The position numbers were made by a program, and so were the translations under genes. Below are positions 24,102 to 35,281 of a stretch of 64,000 bases of DNA, piece after piece. The stretch is from assembly GCF_003018255.1 (NCBI RefSeq), contig NZ_CP027440.1; one strand, written 5' to 3'. A model generated the notes under the pieces. The model was not told the origin of the DNA, made no database searches, and saw only the letters and a program-made list of their open reading frames with translations. The stretch comes from Escherichia coli (GTDB lineage: Bacteria; Pseudomonadota; Gammaproteobacteria; Enterobacterales; Enterobacteriaceae). The number at the start of each line of letters is the position of its first letter. The first letter of the stretch is position 1.

Positions 24102-26546
24102 ATGAAAACGAAAATCCCTGATGCGGTATTGGCTGCTGAGGTGAGTCGCCGTGGTTTGGTAAAAACGACAGCGATCGGCGGCCTGGCAATGGCAAGCAGC
24201 GCGTTAACATTACCTTTTAGTCGGATTGCGCACGCTGTTGATAGTGCCCTTCCGGCAAAATCAGACGAAAAGGTTATCTGGAGCGCCTGTACAGTTAACT
24301 GTGGTAGTCGCTGCCCGCTACGTATGCACGTTGTGGACGGTGAAATTAAATATGTTGAAACGGATAATACCGGCGATGACAACTATGACGGCCTGCACCA
24401 GGTGCGCGCCTGTCTGCGTGGTCGTTCCATGCGTCGCCGTGTCTACAATCCGGACCGCCTGAAATATCCGATGAAACGAGTCGGGGCGCGCGGTGAAGGC
24501 AAATTCGAGCGCATTAGCTGGGAAGAAGCCTACGACATCATCGCGACCAATATGCAGCGCCTGATCAAAGAGTACGGCAACGAGTCTATCTATCTGAACT
24601 ATGGTACCGGAACGCTGGGCGGCACCATGACCCGCTCCTGGCCGCCGGGAAATACCCTGGTCGCTCGCCTGATGAACTGCTGCGGCGGTTATCTGAACCA
24701 TTACGGTGACTACTCTTCCGCGCAAATTGCGGAAGGTTTGAACTATACCTACGGCGGCTGGGCAGATGGTAACAGCCCGTCGGATATCGAAAACAGTAAA
24801 CTGGTAGTGCTGTTTGGTAATAACCCTGGCGAAACGCGAATGAGTGGCGGTGGGGTGACTTACTATCTTGAACAGGCGCGCCAGAAATCTAATGCTCGCA
24901 TGATCATCATCGATCCGCGCTATACCGACACCGGTGCCGGGCGCGAAGATGAGTGGATCCCTATTCGTCCGGGAACAGATGCCGCACTGGTTAACGGTCT
25001 GGCGTATGTCATGATCACCGAAAACCTGGTGGATCAGGCATTCCTCGATAAATATTGCGTTGGCTACGACGAGAAAACACTGCCAGCCAGTGCGCCGAAA
25101 AATGGTCACTATAAAGCTTATATTCTGGGTGAAGGGCCAGATGGCGTGGCTAAAACGCCGGAATGGGCCTCGCAAATCACTGGTGTTCCGGCAGACAAAA
25201 TCATCAAACTGGCTCGTGAAATCGGTAGTACCAAACCGGCGTTTATCAGCCAGGGATGGGGCCCGCAGCGTCACGCTAACGGTGAAATCGCAACCCGTGC
25301 TATCTCGATGCTGGCGATTCTGACCGGTAACGTTGGTATTAACGGAGGCAACAGCGGCGCGCGTGAAGGTTCATACAGCTTACCGTTTGTCCGTATGCCG
25401 ACCCTCGAAAACCCGATCCAGACCAGCATTTCGATGTTTATGTGGACCGATGCCATTGAACGTGGCCCGGAAATGACAGCGCTGCGTGATGGTGTGCGCG
25501 GGAAAGATAAGCTGGATGTGCCGATCAAAATGATCTGGAACTATGCCGGTAACTGCCTGATTAATCAGCATTCTGAAATCAACCGTACCCATGAAATCCT
25601 TCAGGATGATAAGAAGTGCGAGCTGATTGTGGTTATCGACTGCCACATGACCTCATCGGCGAAATATGCTGACATCCTGCTGCCTGACTGCACCGCTTCA
25701 GAACAGATGGACTTTGCACTGGATGCATCCTGCGGGAATATGTCTTACGTGATTTTCAACGATCAGGTGATTAAACCGCGCTTTGAATGTAAGACCATCT
25801 ATGAAATGACCAGCGAACTGGCAAAACGTCTTGGCGTTGAGCAACAGTTTACTGAGGGCCGTACCCAGGAAGAGTGGATGCGGCATCTGTATGCCCAGTC
25901 GCGGGAAGCGATTCCTGAACTGCCAACGTTTGAAGAGTTCCGTAAGCAGGGGATCTTTAAAAAGCGCGACCCACAAGGGCATCACGTTGCTTATAAAGCT
26001 TTCCGTGAAGATCCGCAGGCAAATCCACTGACCACGCCATCGGGGAAAATTGAGATTTATTCGCAGGCGCTGGCTGACATTGCCGCTACCTGGGAATTGC
26101 CAGAAGGTGATGTGATCGATCCACTGCCGATCTACACGCCGGGCTTTGAAAGTTATCAGGATCCGCTGAACAAACAGTATCCGCTGCAGCTTACGGGTTT
26201 CCACTATAAATCTCGCGTTCACTCAACTTACGGCAACGTTGATGTGCTGAAAGCAGCTTGCCGTCAGGAAATGTGGATCAACCCGCTTGATGCGCAAAAA
26301 CGCGGTATCAACAACGGCGATAAAGTCAGGATCTTTAACGATCGTGGTGAGGTTCATATTGAGGCGAAAGTGACGCCACGAATGATGCCGGGTGTGGTCG
26401 CACTGGGTGAAGGTGCCTGGTATGACCCGGATACAAAACGTGTCGATAAGGGCGGTTGTATCAACGTACTGACCACTCAACGTCCGTCTCCTCTCGCTAA
26501 GGGGAATCCGTCACATACAAACCTGGTTCAGGTTGAAAAGGTGTAA
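24102..26546 (+). CDS. dmsA: DMSO reductase catalytic subunit DmsA (molybdopterin), Tat signal
   Basis: 814 aa; twin-arginine leader SRRGLVKTT; Cys cluster CTVNCGSRC. Confidence 0.95.
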   Translation: MKTKIPDAVLAAEVSRRGLVKTTAIGGLAMASSALTLPFSRIAHAVDSALPAKSDEKVIWSACTVNCGSRCPLRMHVVDGEIKYVETDNTGDDNYDGLHQVRACLRGRSMRRRVYNPDRLKYPMKRVGARGEGKFERISWEEAYDIIATNMQRLIKEYGNESIYLNYGTGTLGGTMTRSWPPGNTLVARLMNCCGGYLNHYGDYSSAQIAEGLNYTYGGWADGNSPSDIENSKLVVLFGNNPGETRMSGGGVTYYLEQARQKSNARMIIIDPRYTDTGAGREDEWIPIRPGTDAALVNGLAYVMITENLVDQAFLDKYCVGYDEKTLPASAPKNGHYKAYILGEGPDGVAKTPEWASQITGVPADKIIKLAREIGSTKPAFISQGWGPQRHANGEIATRAISMLAILTGNVGINGGNSGAREGSYSLPFVRMPTLENPIQTSISMFMWTDAIERGPEMTALRDGVRGKDKLDVPIKMIWNYAGNCLINQHSEINRTHEILQDDKKCELIVVIDCHMTSSAKYADILLPDCTASEQMDFALDASCGNMSYVIFNDQVIKPRFECKTIYEMTSELAKRLGVEQQFTEGRTQEEWMRHLYAQSREAIPELPTFEEFRKQGIFKKRDPQGHHVAYKAFREDPQANPLTTPSGKIEIYSQALADIAATWELPEGDVIDPLPIYTPGFESYQDPLNKQYPLQLTGFHYKSRVHSTYGNVDVLKAACRQEMWINPLDAQKRGINNGDKVRIFNDRGEVHIEAKVTPRMMPGVVALGEGAWYDPDTKRVDKGGCINVLTTQRPSPLAKGNPSHTNLVQVEKV

Positions 26547-26556
26547 GGAGTAACCG

Positions 26557-27174
26557 ATGACAACCCAGTATGGATTTTTTATTGATTCCAGCCGTTGCAC
26601 CGGTTGCAAAACCTGCGAGCTGGCTTGTAAAGACTACAAAGATTTGACGCCAGAAGTCAGTTTCCGCCGCATTTATGAATATGCTGGCGGCGACTGGCAG
26701 GAAGATAACGGTGTCTGGCACCAGAACGTGTTTGCCTACTATCTGTCGATTTCATGTAACCACTGCGAAGATCCGGCTTGTACTAAAGTCTGCCCGAGCG
26801 GTGCGATGCATAAACGTGAAGATGGTTTTGTTGTGGTCGATGAAGATGTGTGCATTGGCTGCCGTTACTGCCATATGGCTTGCCCGTACGGCGCACCGCA
26901 ATATAACGAAACGAAAGGCCATATGACCAAATGCGATGGTTGTTATGACCGTGTTGCGGAGGGGAAAAAGCCGATCTGTGTTGAATCTTGCCCGCTGCGG
27001 GCGCTGGATTTCGGCCCTATCGACGAGCTGCGTAAAAAACATGGCGATCTGGCGGCCGTTGCGCCGTTGCCGCGAGCTCACTTTACCAAACCGAATATTG
27101 TGATCAAACCCAATGCCAACAGCCGCCCGACCGGGGATACCACTGGCTATCTGGCAAACCCGAAGGAGGTGTGA
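26557..27174 (+). CDS. dmsB: DMSO reductase iron-sulfur subunit DmsB
   Basis: 205 aa; four CxxCxxCxxxC ferredoxin-type motifs. Confidence 0.95.
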   Translation: MTTQYGFFIDSSRCTGCKTCELACKDYKDLTPEVSFRRIYEYAGGDWQEDNGVWHQNVFAYYLSISCNHCEDPACTKVCPSGAMHKREDGFVVVDEDVCIGCRYCHMACPYGAPQYNETKGHMTKCDGCYDRVAEGKKPICVESCPLRALDFGPIDELRKKHGDLAAVAPLPRAHFTKPNIVIKPNANSRPTGDTTGYLANPKEV

Positions 27175-27175
27175 G

Positions 27176-28039
27176 ATGGGAAGTGGATGGCATGAATGGC
27201 CGCTGATGATCTTCACGGTCTTCGGGCAATGTGTAGCGGGTGGTTTTATCGTTCTGGCTTTGGCGCTGCTCAAAGGCGACCTGCGAGCAGAAGCCCAGCA
27301 GCGTGTTATTGCCTGCATGTTTGGTTTATGGGTGCTGATGGGCATTGGCTTTATCGCCTCTATGCTTCATCTTGGTTCACCGATGCGCGCCTTTAACTCG
27401 CTCAACCGGGTAGGGGCTTCAGCACTCAGTAACGAAATCGCCAGCGGTTCGATCTTTTTTGCTGTTGGTGGCATCGGCTGGTTGCTGGCAATGCTGAAAA
27501 AGCTGTCACCGGCATTGCGTACGCTGTGGCTGATAGTGACGATGGTTCTTGGCGTCATCTTTGTCTGGATGATGGTGCGTGTGTATAACAGCATTGATAC
27601 CGTTCCGACCTGGTACAGCATCTGGACGCCGATGGGCTTCTTCCTGACGATGTTCATGGGCGGCCCGTTACTGGGTTACCTGTTGCTGAGTCTGGCTGGC
27701 GTCGATGGCTGGGCGATGCGTCTGCTGCCAGCCATTTCTGTACTGGCACTGGTAGTGAGTGGCGTGATGTCAGTGATGCAGGGCGCAGAGCTGGCGACTA
27801 TTCATAGCTCTGTGCAGCAGGCCGCAGCGCTGGTGCCGGACTATGGCGCGCTGATGTCCTGGCGGATCGTGCTTTTGGCTGTTGCCCTGTGCTTGTGGAT
27901 TGCACCACAGCTAAAAGGTTATCAGCCTGCGGTTCCGCTACTTTCTGTATCATTCATTCTGCTTCTGGCAGGGGAATTAATCGGTCGTGGCGTATTCTAT
28001 GGTTTGCATATGACCGTGGGGATGGCTGTCGCAAGTTAA
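27176..28039 (+). CDS. dmsC: DMSO reductase membrane anchor subunit DmsC
   Basis: 287 aa from MGSGWHEWPLMIF; multiple TM helices. Confidence 0.9.
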   Translation: MGSGWHEWPLMIFTVFGQCVAGGFIVLALALLKGDLRAEAQQRVIACMFGLWVLMGIGFIASMLHLGSPMRAFNSLNRVGASALSNEIASGSIFFAVGGIGWLLAMLKKLSPALRTLWLIVTMVLGVIFVWMMVRVYNSIDTVPTWYSIWTPMGFFLTMFMGGPLLGYLLLSLAGVDGWAMRLLPAISVLALVVSGVMSVMQGAELATIHSSVQQAAALVPDYGALMSWRIVLLAVALCLWIAPQLKGYQPAVPLLSVSFILLLAGELIGRGVFYGLHMTVGMAVAS

Positions 28040-28074
28040 TCAGTAACAACCGGGGTTTCGGCCCCGGTTCGCTT

Positions 28075-28701
28075 TTATTTCTGCTTCGTTAACGTGTCAT
28101 AACTGGTCATCAAGTTACGATAATCAGGAATGTGGTTAGAGAACAACGTCGCCAGTCCTTCAATATCATTACGCCAGTCGCGATGCAGCTCGCATGCCAC
28201 GCCGAACCATGTCATCAATTGCGCACCAGCTTGCGACATGCGATCCCATGCCGAATGCCGGGTAATTTCATTAAAGGTCCCTGACGCGTCAGTCACGACA
28301 AAGACGTCAAACCCTTCTTCAATGGCTGAAAGCGCCGGGAATGCCACGCAAACTTCGGTTACCACACCGGCAATAATTAACTGTTTTTTACCTGTCGCTT
28401 TGACAGCTTTTACAAAATCTTCGTTATCCCAGGCGTTAATATTTCCCGGGCGAGCAATGTAAGGTGCATCGGGGAATTGTGCTTTCAGTTCTGGAACTAA
28501 TGGGCCGTTAGGACCGGTTTCAAAACTGGTGGTAAGAATAGTTGGTAAGTTGAAATACTTAGCCAGGTCACCCAGCGCCAGCACGTTATTTTTAAACTTA
28601 TCGGGTTCGATATCCCGTACAAGGGAAAGTAAACCAGCCTGGTGATCAACAAGCAAAACGGCAGCATCATTTTTATCAAGACGAACATACGGTTTGGTCA
28701 T
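28075..28701 (-). CDS. ycaC: Isochorismatase-family hydrolase YcaC
   Basis: 208 aa from MTKPYVRLDKNDAAVLLVDHQ. Confidence 0.9.
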   Translation of the reverse strand: MTKPYVRLDKNDAAVLLVDHQAGLLSLVRDIEPDKFKNNVLALGDLAKYFNLPTILTTSFETGPNGPLVPELKAQFPDAPYIARPGNINAWDNEDFVKAVKATGKKQLIIAGVVTEVCVAFPALSAIEEGFDVFVVTDASGTFNEITRHSAWDRMSQAGAQLMTWFGVACELHRDWRNDIEGLATLFSNHIPDYRNLMTSYDTLTKQK

Positions 28702-29014
28702 CCTCTTCTCCTTTCGAGAGTCAGTGGTACGTCTAAATCGGTCAGACGCGATGCATTGCTCTGAAAGCATAGACGGGAAATATGAGTTTGCTGTGACCAT
28801 GAAATTTTTCGACTGAACGAAGCGTATGAAATTTGTGTTAGATCAATAAAAACAATCAGATGAGATTAATCGTCTCTTCAGCATTGGCGTTATGAATGAG
28901 TAATATAAATCGATAATACCGCCGCTGCGATATGCGCGTATTTTCACCCATTGACAATGTTTTTGGCGGTGGCATGATGCGCATGAAATTTGAACTTCCT
29001 CACGGTTTTAATTC

Positions 29015-30163
29015 ATGTCCACGTATACCCGGCCTGTCATGCTTTTGCTGTCTGGCCTGCTTTTGTTGACTCTGGCGATCGCAGTGTTAAATACACTCGT
29101 GCCGCTTTGGCTCGCCCAGGAACACATGTCCACATGGCAGGTAGGCGTTGTCAGCTCATCCTATTTTACCGGCAACCTGGTCGGTACATTGCTGACAGGG
29201 TATGTCATTAAACGCATTGGCTTTAACCGCAGCTATTATCTGGCCTCCTTCATTTTTGCCGCTGGCTGTGCCGGCCTTGGCCTGATGATTGGATTCTGGA
29301 GCTGGTTGGCTTGGCGTTTTGTCGCCGGCGTCGGCTGTGCCATGATTTGGGTGGTTGTTGAGAGCGCGCTGATGTGCAGTGGGACGTCACGTAACCGTGG
29401 GCGTTTGCTTGCTGCGTATATGATGGTTTATTACGTGGGAACGTTTTTAGGCCAGTTACTGGTCAGCAAAGTTTCAACCGAGCTGATGTCCGTATTGCCG
29501 TGGGTTACAGGTTTGACGTTGGCAGGGATCTTACCGCTGTTGTTTACGCGTGTGCTGAATCAGCAGGCTGAAAACCATGATGCGACGTCAATTACGTCAA
29601 TGCTAAAACTCCGTCAGGCGCGGCTTGGCGTGAATGGCTGCATTATCTCAGGAATCGTTCTGGGATCTCTATATGGCCTGATGCCGCTGTACCTCAATCA
29701 CAAAGGGGTGAGCAATGCCAGCATTGGTTTCTGGATGGCGGTACTGGTCAGTGCGGGTATCCTTGGACAATGGCCGATCGGACGTCTGGCGGATAAGTTT
29801 GGTCGACTGCTGGTGTTGCGTGTTCAGGTCTTTGTCGTCATTCTCGGCAGTATCGCGATGCTTAGCCAGGCGGCGATGGCCCCAGCGTTATTCATCCTCG
29901 GTGCCGCTGGCTTTACGCTATATCCGGTGGCGATGGCCTGGGCTTGTGAGAAAGTTGAACATCATCAACTGGTGGCGATGAACCAGGCCTTACTGTTGAG
30001 CTATACCGTGGGAAGTCTGCTTGGCCCGTCATTTACCGCTATGCTAATGCAGAATTTCTCCGATAATTTATTGTTTATCATGATCGCCAGCGTATCGTTT
30101 ATCTATTTGCTGATGCTGCTTCGCAACGCCGGTCATACGCCGAAACCCGTTGCTCACGTGTAA
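29015..30163 (+). CDS. ycaD: MFS transporter YcaD
   Basis: 382 aa, 12-TM hydrophobic profile. Confidence 0.9.
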   Translation: MSTYTRPVMLLLSGLLLLTLAIAVLNTLVPLWLAQEHMSTWQVGVVSSSYFTGNLVGTLLTGYVIKRIGFNRSYYLASFIFAAGCAGLGLMIGFWSWLAWRFVAGVGCAMIWVVVESALMCSGTSRNRGRLLAAYMMVYYVGTFLGQLLVSKVSTELMSVLPWVTGLTLAGILPLLFTRVLNQQAENHDATSITSMLKLRQARLGVNGCIISGIVLGSLYGLMPLYLNHKGVSNASIGFWMAVLVSAGILGQWPIGRLADKFGRLLVLRVQVFVVILGSIAMLSQAAMAPALFILGAAGFTLYPVAMAWACEKVEHHQLVAMNQALLLSYTVGSLLGPSFTAMLMQNFSDNLLFIMIASVSFIYLLMLLRNAGHTPKPVAHV

Positions 30164-30372
30164 ATGAATTCAAGCAGAGTGTGAACTTACTGTTTCACAC
30201 TCTGCTTTTTTGTTTCTTCTATCTGACTTGCTTTATTCCAAATTTTATTCGTTTAAAAATAAAATGTGCAGCAGGTTATAATTTTGCATTTCGCTATTTC
30301 CGCACTTCTTATTTGCCGCGCATAATCCCTCGTTTTACAGATGCCCCTTTAATTTTGGCGAAGGATTTGTCT

Positions 30373-31803
30373 ATGGCTGGGAATGTTCAGGAAAAACAGC
30401 TGCGATGGTACAACATTGCGCTGATGTCTTTTATCACTGTCTGGGGTTTTGGCAACGTTGTTAATAACTACGCCAACCAGGGGCTGGTGGTTGTTTTTTC
30501 ATGGGTGTTTATCTTTGCGCTCTATTTCACACCTTATGCGCTAATTGTTGGTCAGTTAGGCTCGACCTTCAAAGATGGGAAGGGCGGGGTCAGTACCTGG
30601 ATTAAACACACGATGGGACCCGGACTGGCTTACCTCGCCGCGTGGACCTACTGGGTAGTGCATATTCCCTATCTGGCACAAAAACCCCAGGCAATACTGA
30701 TTGCGCTCGGTTGGGCGATGAAAGGCGACGGTTCGTTAATCAAAGAATATTCAGTCGTAGCGTTACAGGGGTTAACGCTGGTGCTGTTTATCTTCTTTAT
30801 GTGGGTTGCTTCACGCGGTATGAAATCGCTGAAAATCGTCGGTTCTGTGGCAGGGATTGCGATGTTTGTTATGTCGCTCCTGTATGTGGCGATGGCGGTA
30901 ACCGCGCCTGCAATTACTGAAGTGCATATTGCGACCACAAACATTACCTGGGAAACGTTCATTCCTCATATCGACTTTACCTACATTACCACTATTTCAA
31001 TGCTGGTTTTCGCGGTTGGCGGAGCAGAGAAGATTTCTCCTTACGTTAATCAAACGCGCAACCCAGGAAAAGAATTTCCAAAAGGGATGTTATGCCTGGC
31101 GGTGATGGTTGCGGTTTGTGCCATTCTGGGTTCACTGGCGATGGGGATGATGTTTGACTCGCGTAATATCCCGGATGACTTAATGACTAACGGTCAGTAT
31201 TACGCCTTTCAGAAGCTGGGCGAGTATTACAACATGGGTAATACTTTAATGGTGATTTACGCCATTGCGAATACCCTGGGACAAGTAGCTGCGCTGGTAT
31301 TCTCGATTGATGCCCCGCTTAAAGTGCTATTAGGCGATGCTGACAGCAAATATATTCCAGCCAGTTTATGTCGTACCAACGCTTCTGGTACGCCCGTTAA
31401 TGGCTATTTTCTGACCCTGGTGCTGGTGGCGATCCTGATAATGCTACCGACTCTCGGCATTGGTGATATGAACAATCTCTATAAATGGCTGTTGAATCTT
31501 AACTCGGTAGTGATGCCGCTGCGTTATTTATGGGTATTTGTTGCATTTATTGCAGTTGTTCGCCTGGCGCAGAAATATAAGCCGGAATATGTCTTTATTC
31601 GTAATAAGCCGCTGGCAATGACCGTCGGAATTTGGTGTTTTGCCTTTACCGCTTTTGCCTGCCTGACTGGTATTTTCCCGAAAATGGAAGCCTTCACCGC
31701 AGAGTGGACATTCCAGTTGGCGCTGAATGTTGCAACGCCGTTTGTGCTGGTAGGATTAGGGCTGATATTCCCGCTGCTGGCGCGTAAAGCGAATAGCAAA
31801 TAA
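30373..31803 (+). CDS. ycaM: APC-family amino acid transporter YcaM
   Basis: 476 aa from MAGNVQEKQLRWYNIALMSF; ATG at 30373; ORF-track N-extension rejected. Confidence 0.85.
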   Translation: MAGNVQEKQLRWYNIALMSFITVWGFGNVVNNYANQGLVVVFSWVFIFALYFTPYALIVGQLGSTFKDGKGGVSTWIKHTMGPGLAYLAAWTYWVVHIPYLAQKPQAILIALGWAMKGDGSLIKEYSVVALQGLTLVLFIFFMWVASRGMKSLKIVGSVAGIAMFVMSLLYVAMAVTAPAITEVHIATTNITWETFIPHIDFTYITTISMLVFAVGGAEKISPYVNQTRNPGKEFPKGMLCLAVMVAVCAILGSLAMGMMFDSRNIPDDLMTNGQYYAFQKLGEYYNMGNTLMVIYAIANTLGQVAALVFSIDAPLKVLLGDADSKYIPASLCRTNASGTPVNGYFLTLVLVAILIMLPTLGIGDMNNLYKWLLNLNSVVMPLRYLWVFVAFIAVVRLAQKYKPEYVFIRNKPLAMTVGIWCFAFTAFACLTGIFPKMEAFTAEWTFQLALNVATPFVLVGLGLIFPLLARKANSK

Positions 31804-31970
31804 TTATTGTGGTCGGTGACGCTGACTCTGGCAGATCTGACCCGTTTTTACATAATCGAGAAATGCGCGCAAGCCGCAGGACATATACTGGCGGTTTGGG
31901 TAATACATTTGGAAGCTGTGCTGTAAGGGCGTTAGAAATAGAGCTCTGAATTATTTATGCAGCGCGGAAT

Positions 31971-32006
31971 AAAAAAGCGGCAACTCAAAAAAGTTGCCGC
32001 TTTACG
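31971..32006. terminator. Bidirectional rho-independent terminator between convergent ycaM and pflA
   Basis: gcggcaact-caaaaa-agttgccgc hairpin flanked by A tract and T tract. Confidence 0.75.
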
Positions 32007-32012
32007 GGGAAA

Positions 32013-32753
32013 TTAGAACATTACCTTATGACCGTACTGCTCAAGAATGCCTTTCACGCGTTCCATGGTCTCTTTCTTCGGTGGTTTAACACCATCAAGT
32101 TTGTATTCTTCACCCATCGCCACCCATTTGTGTTTGCCCAGTTCGTGGTAGGGGAGAAGCTCGATTTTCTCAACGTTGCCCATATCACGGGTAAATTCAC
32201 CGAGGCGATGCGCTGAATCGTCATCGTCAGACCAGCCTGGGACAACAACGTAGCGGATCCACACCTTCACATTTTTGTTCGCCAGATATTTGGCGAACTC
32301 CAGCGTGCGGTGGTTGGAAACTCCAACCAGATTTTGGTGGATCTCGTCGTTCATCTGTTTGAGATCGAGCATTACCAGGTCGGTTACTTCCAGCAGTTCA
32401 TCAATCACCGGATCGTAACGACGAACAAAACCGTTGGTGTCCAGACAGGTATGAATGCCTTCTTTTTTGCAGGCGCGGAACCAGTCACGAACAAACTCAG
32501 CTTGCAGGATTGCTTCACCGCCGGATGCGGTAACGCCGCCGCCGGAAGCGTTCATAAAGTGGCGATAGGTCACCACCTCTCTCATTAAATCTTCAACGGT
32601 AACTTCTTTACCGCCATGCGTGTCCCAGGTGTCGCGGTTATGACAATACAGGCAGCGCATCAGGCAGCCCTGGAAAAAGGTGATAAAGCGAATACCCGGA
32701 CCGTCTACGGTTCCACAGGATTCAAAGGAGTGAATGCGACCAATAACTGACAT
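32013..32753 (-). CDS. pflA: Pyruvate formate-lyase activating enzyme (radical SAM)
   Basis: 246 aa from [23 protein letters not shown]; CxxxCxxC motif [10 protein letters not shown]. Confidence 0.95.
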   Translation of the reverse strand: MSVIGRIHSFESCGTVDGPGIRFITFFQGCLMRCLYCHNRDTWDTHGGKEVTVEDLMREVVTYRHFMNASGGGVTASGGEAILQAEFVRDWFRACKKEGIHTCLDTNGFVRRYDPVIDELLEVTDLVMLDLKQMNDEIHQNLVGVSNHRTLEFAKYLANKNVKVWIRYVVVPGWSDDDDSAHRLGEFTRDMGNVEKIELLPYHELGKHKWVAMGEEYKLDGVKPPKKETMERVKGILEQYGHKVMF

Positions 32754-32944
32754 TGCGGTGTTTCTCCAGATGTGGCCCATCTGAGGCCGTGTTGGTGCGC
32801 AGCTCGAAGGCTACGTCGAGTCTGTTTTGGCAGTCACCTTAAAGTATAGATAGCTGACAAAAAAGGCTCTCGTGCTAAAAAAGGCCCCACTTTCGTGGAG
32901 CCTTTATTGTACGCTTTTTACTGTACGATTTCAGTCAAATCTAA

Positions 32945-35227
32945 TTACATAGATTGAGTGAAGGTACGAGTAATAACGTCCTGCTGCTGTTCTTTAGTCA
33001 GCGAGTTGAAACGTACTGCGTAGCCAGATACACGGATGGTCAGCTGCGGATATTTTTCCGGGTTTTCCATCGCGTCGAGCAGCATTTCACGGTTCATCAC
33101 GTTAACGTTCAGGTGCTGACCACCTTCGATGGACGCTTCGTGGTGGAAGTAACCATCCATCAGACCAGCCAGGTTGGTCTTACGAACTTCGTCGTCTTTA
33201 CCCAGTGCGTTCGGAACGATAGAGAAGGTGTAGGAGATACCATCTTTAGCGTAAGCAAATGGCAGTTTAGCAACGGAAGTCAGAGAGGCTACTGCACCTT
33301 TCTGGTCACGACCGTGCATCGGGTTAGCACCCGGTCCGAACGGCGCGCCAGCACGACGACCGTCTGGGGTGTTACCAGTTTTCTTACCATACACAACGTT
33401 AGAAGTGATGGTCAGAACAGACTGAGTCGGGATAGCGTCACGGTAGGTGTGCAGTTTCTGAATTTTCTTCATGAAACGTTCTACCAGGTCAACAGCCAGG
33501 TCATCTACACGCGGATCGTTGTTACCAAACTGCGGGTATTCGCCTTCGATTTCGAAGTCGATAGCCAGACCGTCTTCGTCACGAATCGGTTTAACTTTCG
33601 CATATTTGATTGCAGACAGGGAGTCAGCAGCAACGGACAGACCAGCGATACCACACGCCATGGTGCGGATAACGTCACGGTCGTGCAGCGCCATCAGAGA
33701 GGCTTCGTAGCTGTACTTGTCGTGCATGTAGTGGATGATGTTCAGTGCAGTGATGTACTGTTTAGCCAGCCAGTCCATGAAGTGATCCATGCGCTCCATC
33801 ACTTCATCGTAGTTCAGGAGATCGCCTTTGATCGGCTCAGACTTCGGACCAACCTGCATTTTCAGTTTTTCGTCAACGCCGCCGTTGATTGCGTACAGCA
33901 TGGTTTTCGCCAGGTTTGCACGCGCACCGAAGAACTGCATTTGTTTACCAACGATCATCGGGCTTACGCAGCAAGCGATAGCGTAGTCATCGTTGTTGAA
34001 GTCCGGACGCATCAGGTCATCGTTCTCATACTGCAGAGAAGAGGTGTCGATGGACACTTTAGCAGCGAATTTCTTGAAGTTCAGCGGCAGTTTTTCGGAC
34101 CACAGAATGGTCATGTTCGGTTCCGGAGACGGACCCATGGTGTACAGGGTGTTCAGGAAACGGAAGCTGTTTTTGGTAACCAGGGTACGACCGTCGAGGC
34201 CCATACCACCGATAGATTCGGTTGCCCAGATCGGGTCGCCAGAGAACAGTTCATCGTATTCCGGAGTACGCAGGAAGCGAACCATACGCAGTTTCATGAC
34301 CAGGTGGTCAACCATTTCCTGCGCTTCTTGTTCGGTGATCTTGCCAGCTTTCAGGTCACGTTCGATGTACACATCCAGGAAGGTGGAGGTACGACCGAAG
34401 GACATTGCAGCACCGTTCTGAGACTTAACAGCAGCCAGGTAGCCGAAGTAAGTCCACTGGATAGCTTCCTGAGCGTTGGTAGCCGGACCAGAGATGTCGT
34501 AGCCGTATTTCGCAGCCATTTCTTTCATCTGACCCAGAGCGCGGTGCTGTTCAGCGATTTCTTCGCGCAGACGGATAGTCTGTTCCAGGTTTACGCCGTT
34601 TTCCAGATCAGCCTGCAGAGAGGTGAACTGAGCGTATTTGTCTTTCATCAGATAGTCGATACCGTACAGCGCAACGCGACGGTAGTCACCGATGATACGA
34701 CCACGGCCATAAGCATCTGGCAGACCGGTCAGAACACCGGATTTACGGCAACGCAGGATGTCCGGAGTGTAAACGTCGAACACGCCCTGGTTGTGAGTTT
34801 TACGGTATTCAGTGAAGATTTTTTTGATCATCGGGTCCAGTTCGCGGTTGTACGCTTTGCAGGAACCTTCGATCATTTTGATACCACCGAACGGGATAAG
34901 AGCACGTTTCAGCGGAGCTTCAGTCTGCAGACCAACAACTTTTTCCAACGCTTTGTTGATGTAGCCAGCGTCGTGAGAGGTGATGGTGGAAGCAACAGCG
35001 GTGTCAAAGTCAACTGGCGCGTGAGTGCGGTTTTCCAGTTTAACGCCTTCCATTACTTTGTCCCACAGGGTGGTGGTCGCTTCAGTAGCGCCAGCCAGGA
35101 AGGACTCGTCACCCTCGTACGGAGTGTAGTTTTTCTGAATGAAGTCACGGACGTTTACTTCATTCTGCCAGTCACCTTTGGTAAAACCTTCCCAGGCTGT
35201 GGCTAACTTTTCATTAAGCTCGGACAT
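32945..35227 (-). CDS. pflB: Pyruvate formate-lyase (glycyl radical enzyme)
   Basis: 760 aa; C-terminal glycyl radical motif RVSGYAVRF. Confidence 0.95.
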   Translation of the reverse strand: MSELNEKLATAWEGFTKGDWQNEVNVRDFIQKNYTPYEGDESFLAGATEATTTLWDKVMEGVKLENRTHAPVDFDTAVASTITSHDAGYINKALEKVVGLQTEAPLKRALIPFGGIKMIEGSCKAYNRELDPMIKKIFTEYRKTHNQGVFDVYTPDILRCRKSGVLTGLPDAYGRGRIIGDYRRVALYGIDYLMKDKYAQFTSLQADLENGVNLEQTIRLREEIAEQHRALGQMKEMAAKYGYDISGPATNAQEAIQWTYFGYLAAVKSQNGAAMSFGRTSTFLDVYIERDLKAGKITEQEAQEMVDHLVMKLRMVRFLRTPEYDELFSGDPIWATESIGGMGLDGRTLVTKNSFRFLNTLYTMGPSPEPNMTILWSEKLPLNFKKFAAKVSIDTSSLQYENDDLMRPDFNNDDYAIACCVSPMIVGKQMQFFGARANLAKTMLYAINGGVDEKLKMQVGPKSEPIKGDLLNYDEVMERMDHFMDWLAKQYITALNIIHYMHDKYSYEASLMALHDRDVIRTMACGIAGLSVAADSLSAIKYAKVKPIRDEDGLAIDFEIEGEYPQFGNNDPRVDDLAVDLVERFMKKIQKLHTYRDAIPTQSVLTITSNVVYGKKTGNTPDGRRAGAPFGPGANPMHGRDQKGAVASLTSVAKLPFAYAKDGISYTFSIVPNALGKDDEVRKTNLAGLMDGYFHHEASIEGGQHLNVNVMNREMLLDAMENPEKYPQLTIRVSGYAVRFNSLTKEQQQDVITRTFTQSM

Positions 35228-35281
35228 GTAACACCTACCTTCTTAAGTGGATTTTTTATTTACTGCGTACTTCGACAACCA

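Noticed and set aside
30181-30372. In-frame N-terminal extensions proposed by the ORF track (ycaM +64 aa, focA +113 aa, trxB +32 aa, ycaC +33 aa, ycaI +26 aa, cspD +10 aa, and others)
   Set aside because: Extensions begin at non-ATG or poorly positioned starts and are not part of the known proteins; internal starts give the expected protein lengths and have RBS-like sequences.
32954-35206. 750-aa ORF on the plus strand antisense to pflB (similar long antisense ORFs opposite rpsA 43705..44844, dmsA 24318..25274, ycaO 37340..38065)
   Set aside because: Translation is low-complexity with no recognisable domains. Codon-aligned antisense frames of highly expressed genes lack stops because the sense codons TTA/CTA/TCA are rare, so this is a codon-bias artefact, not a gene.
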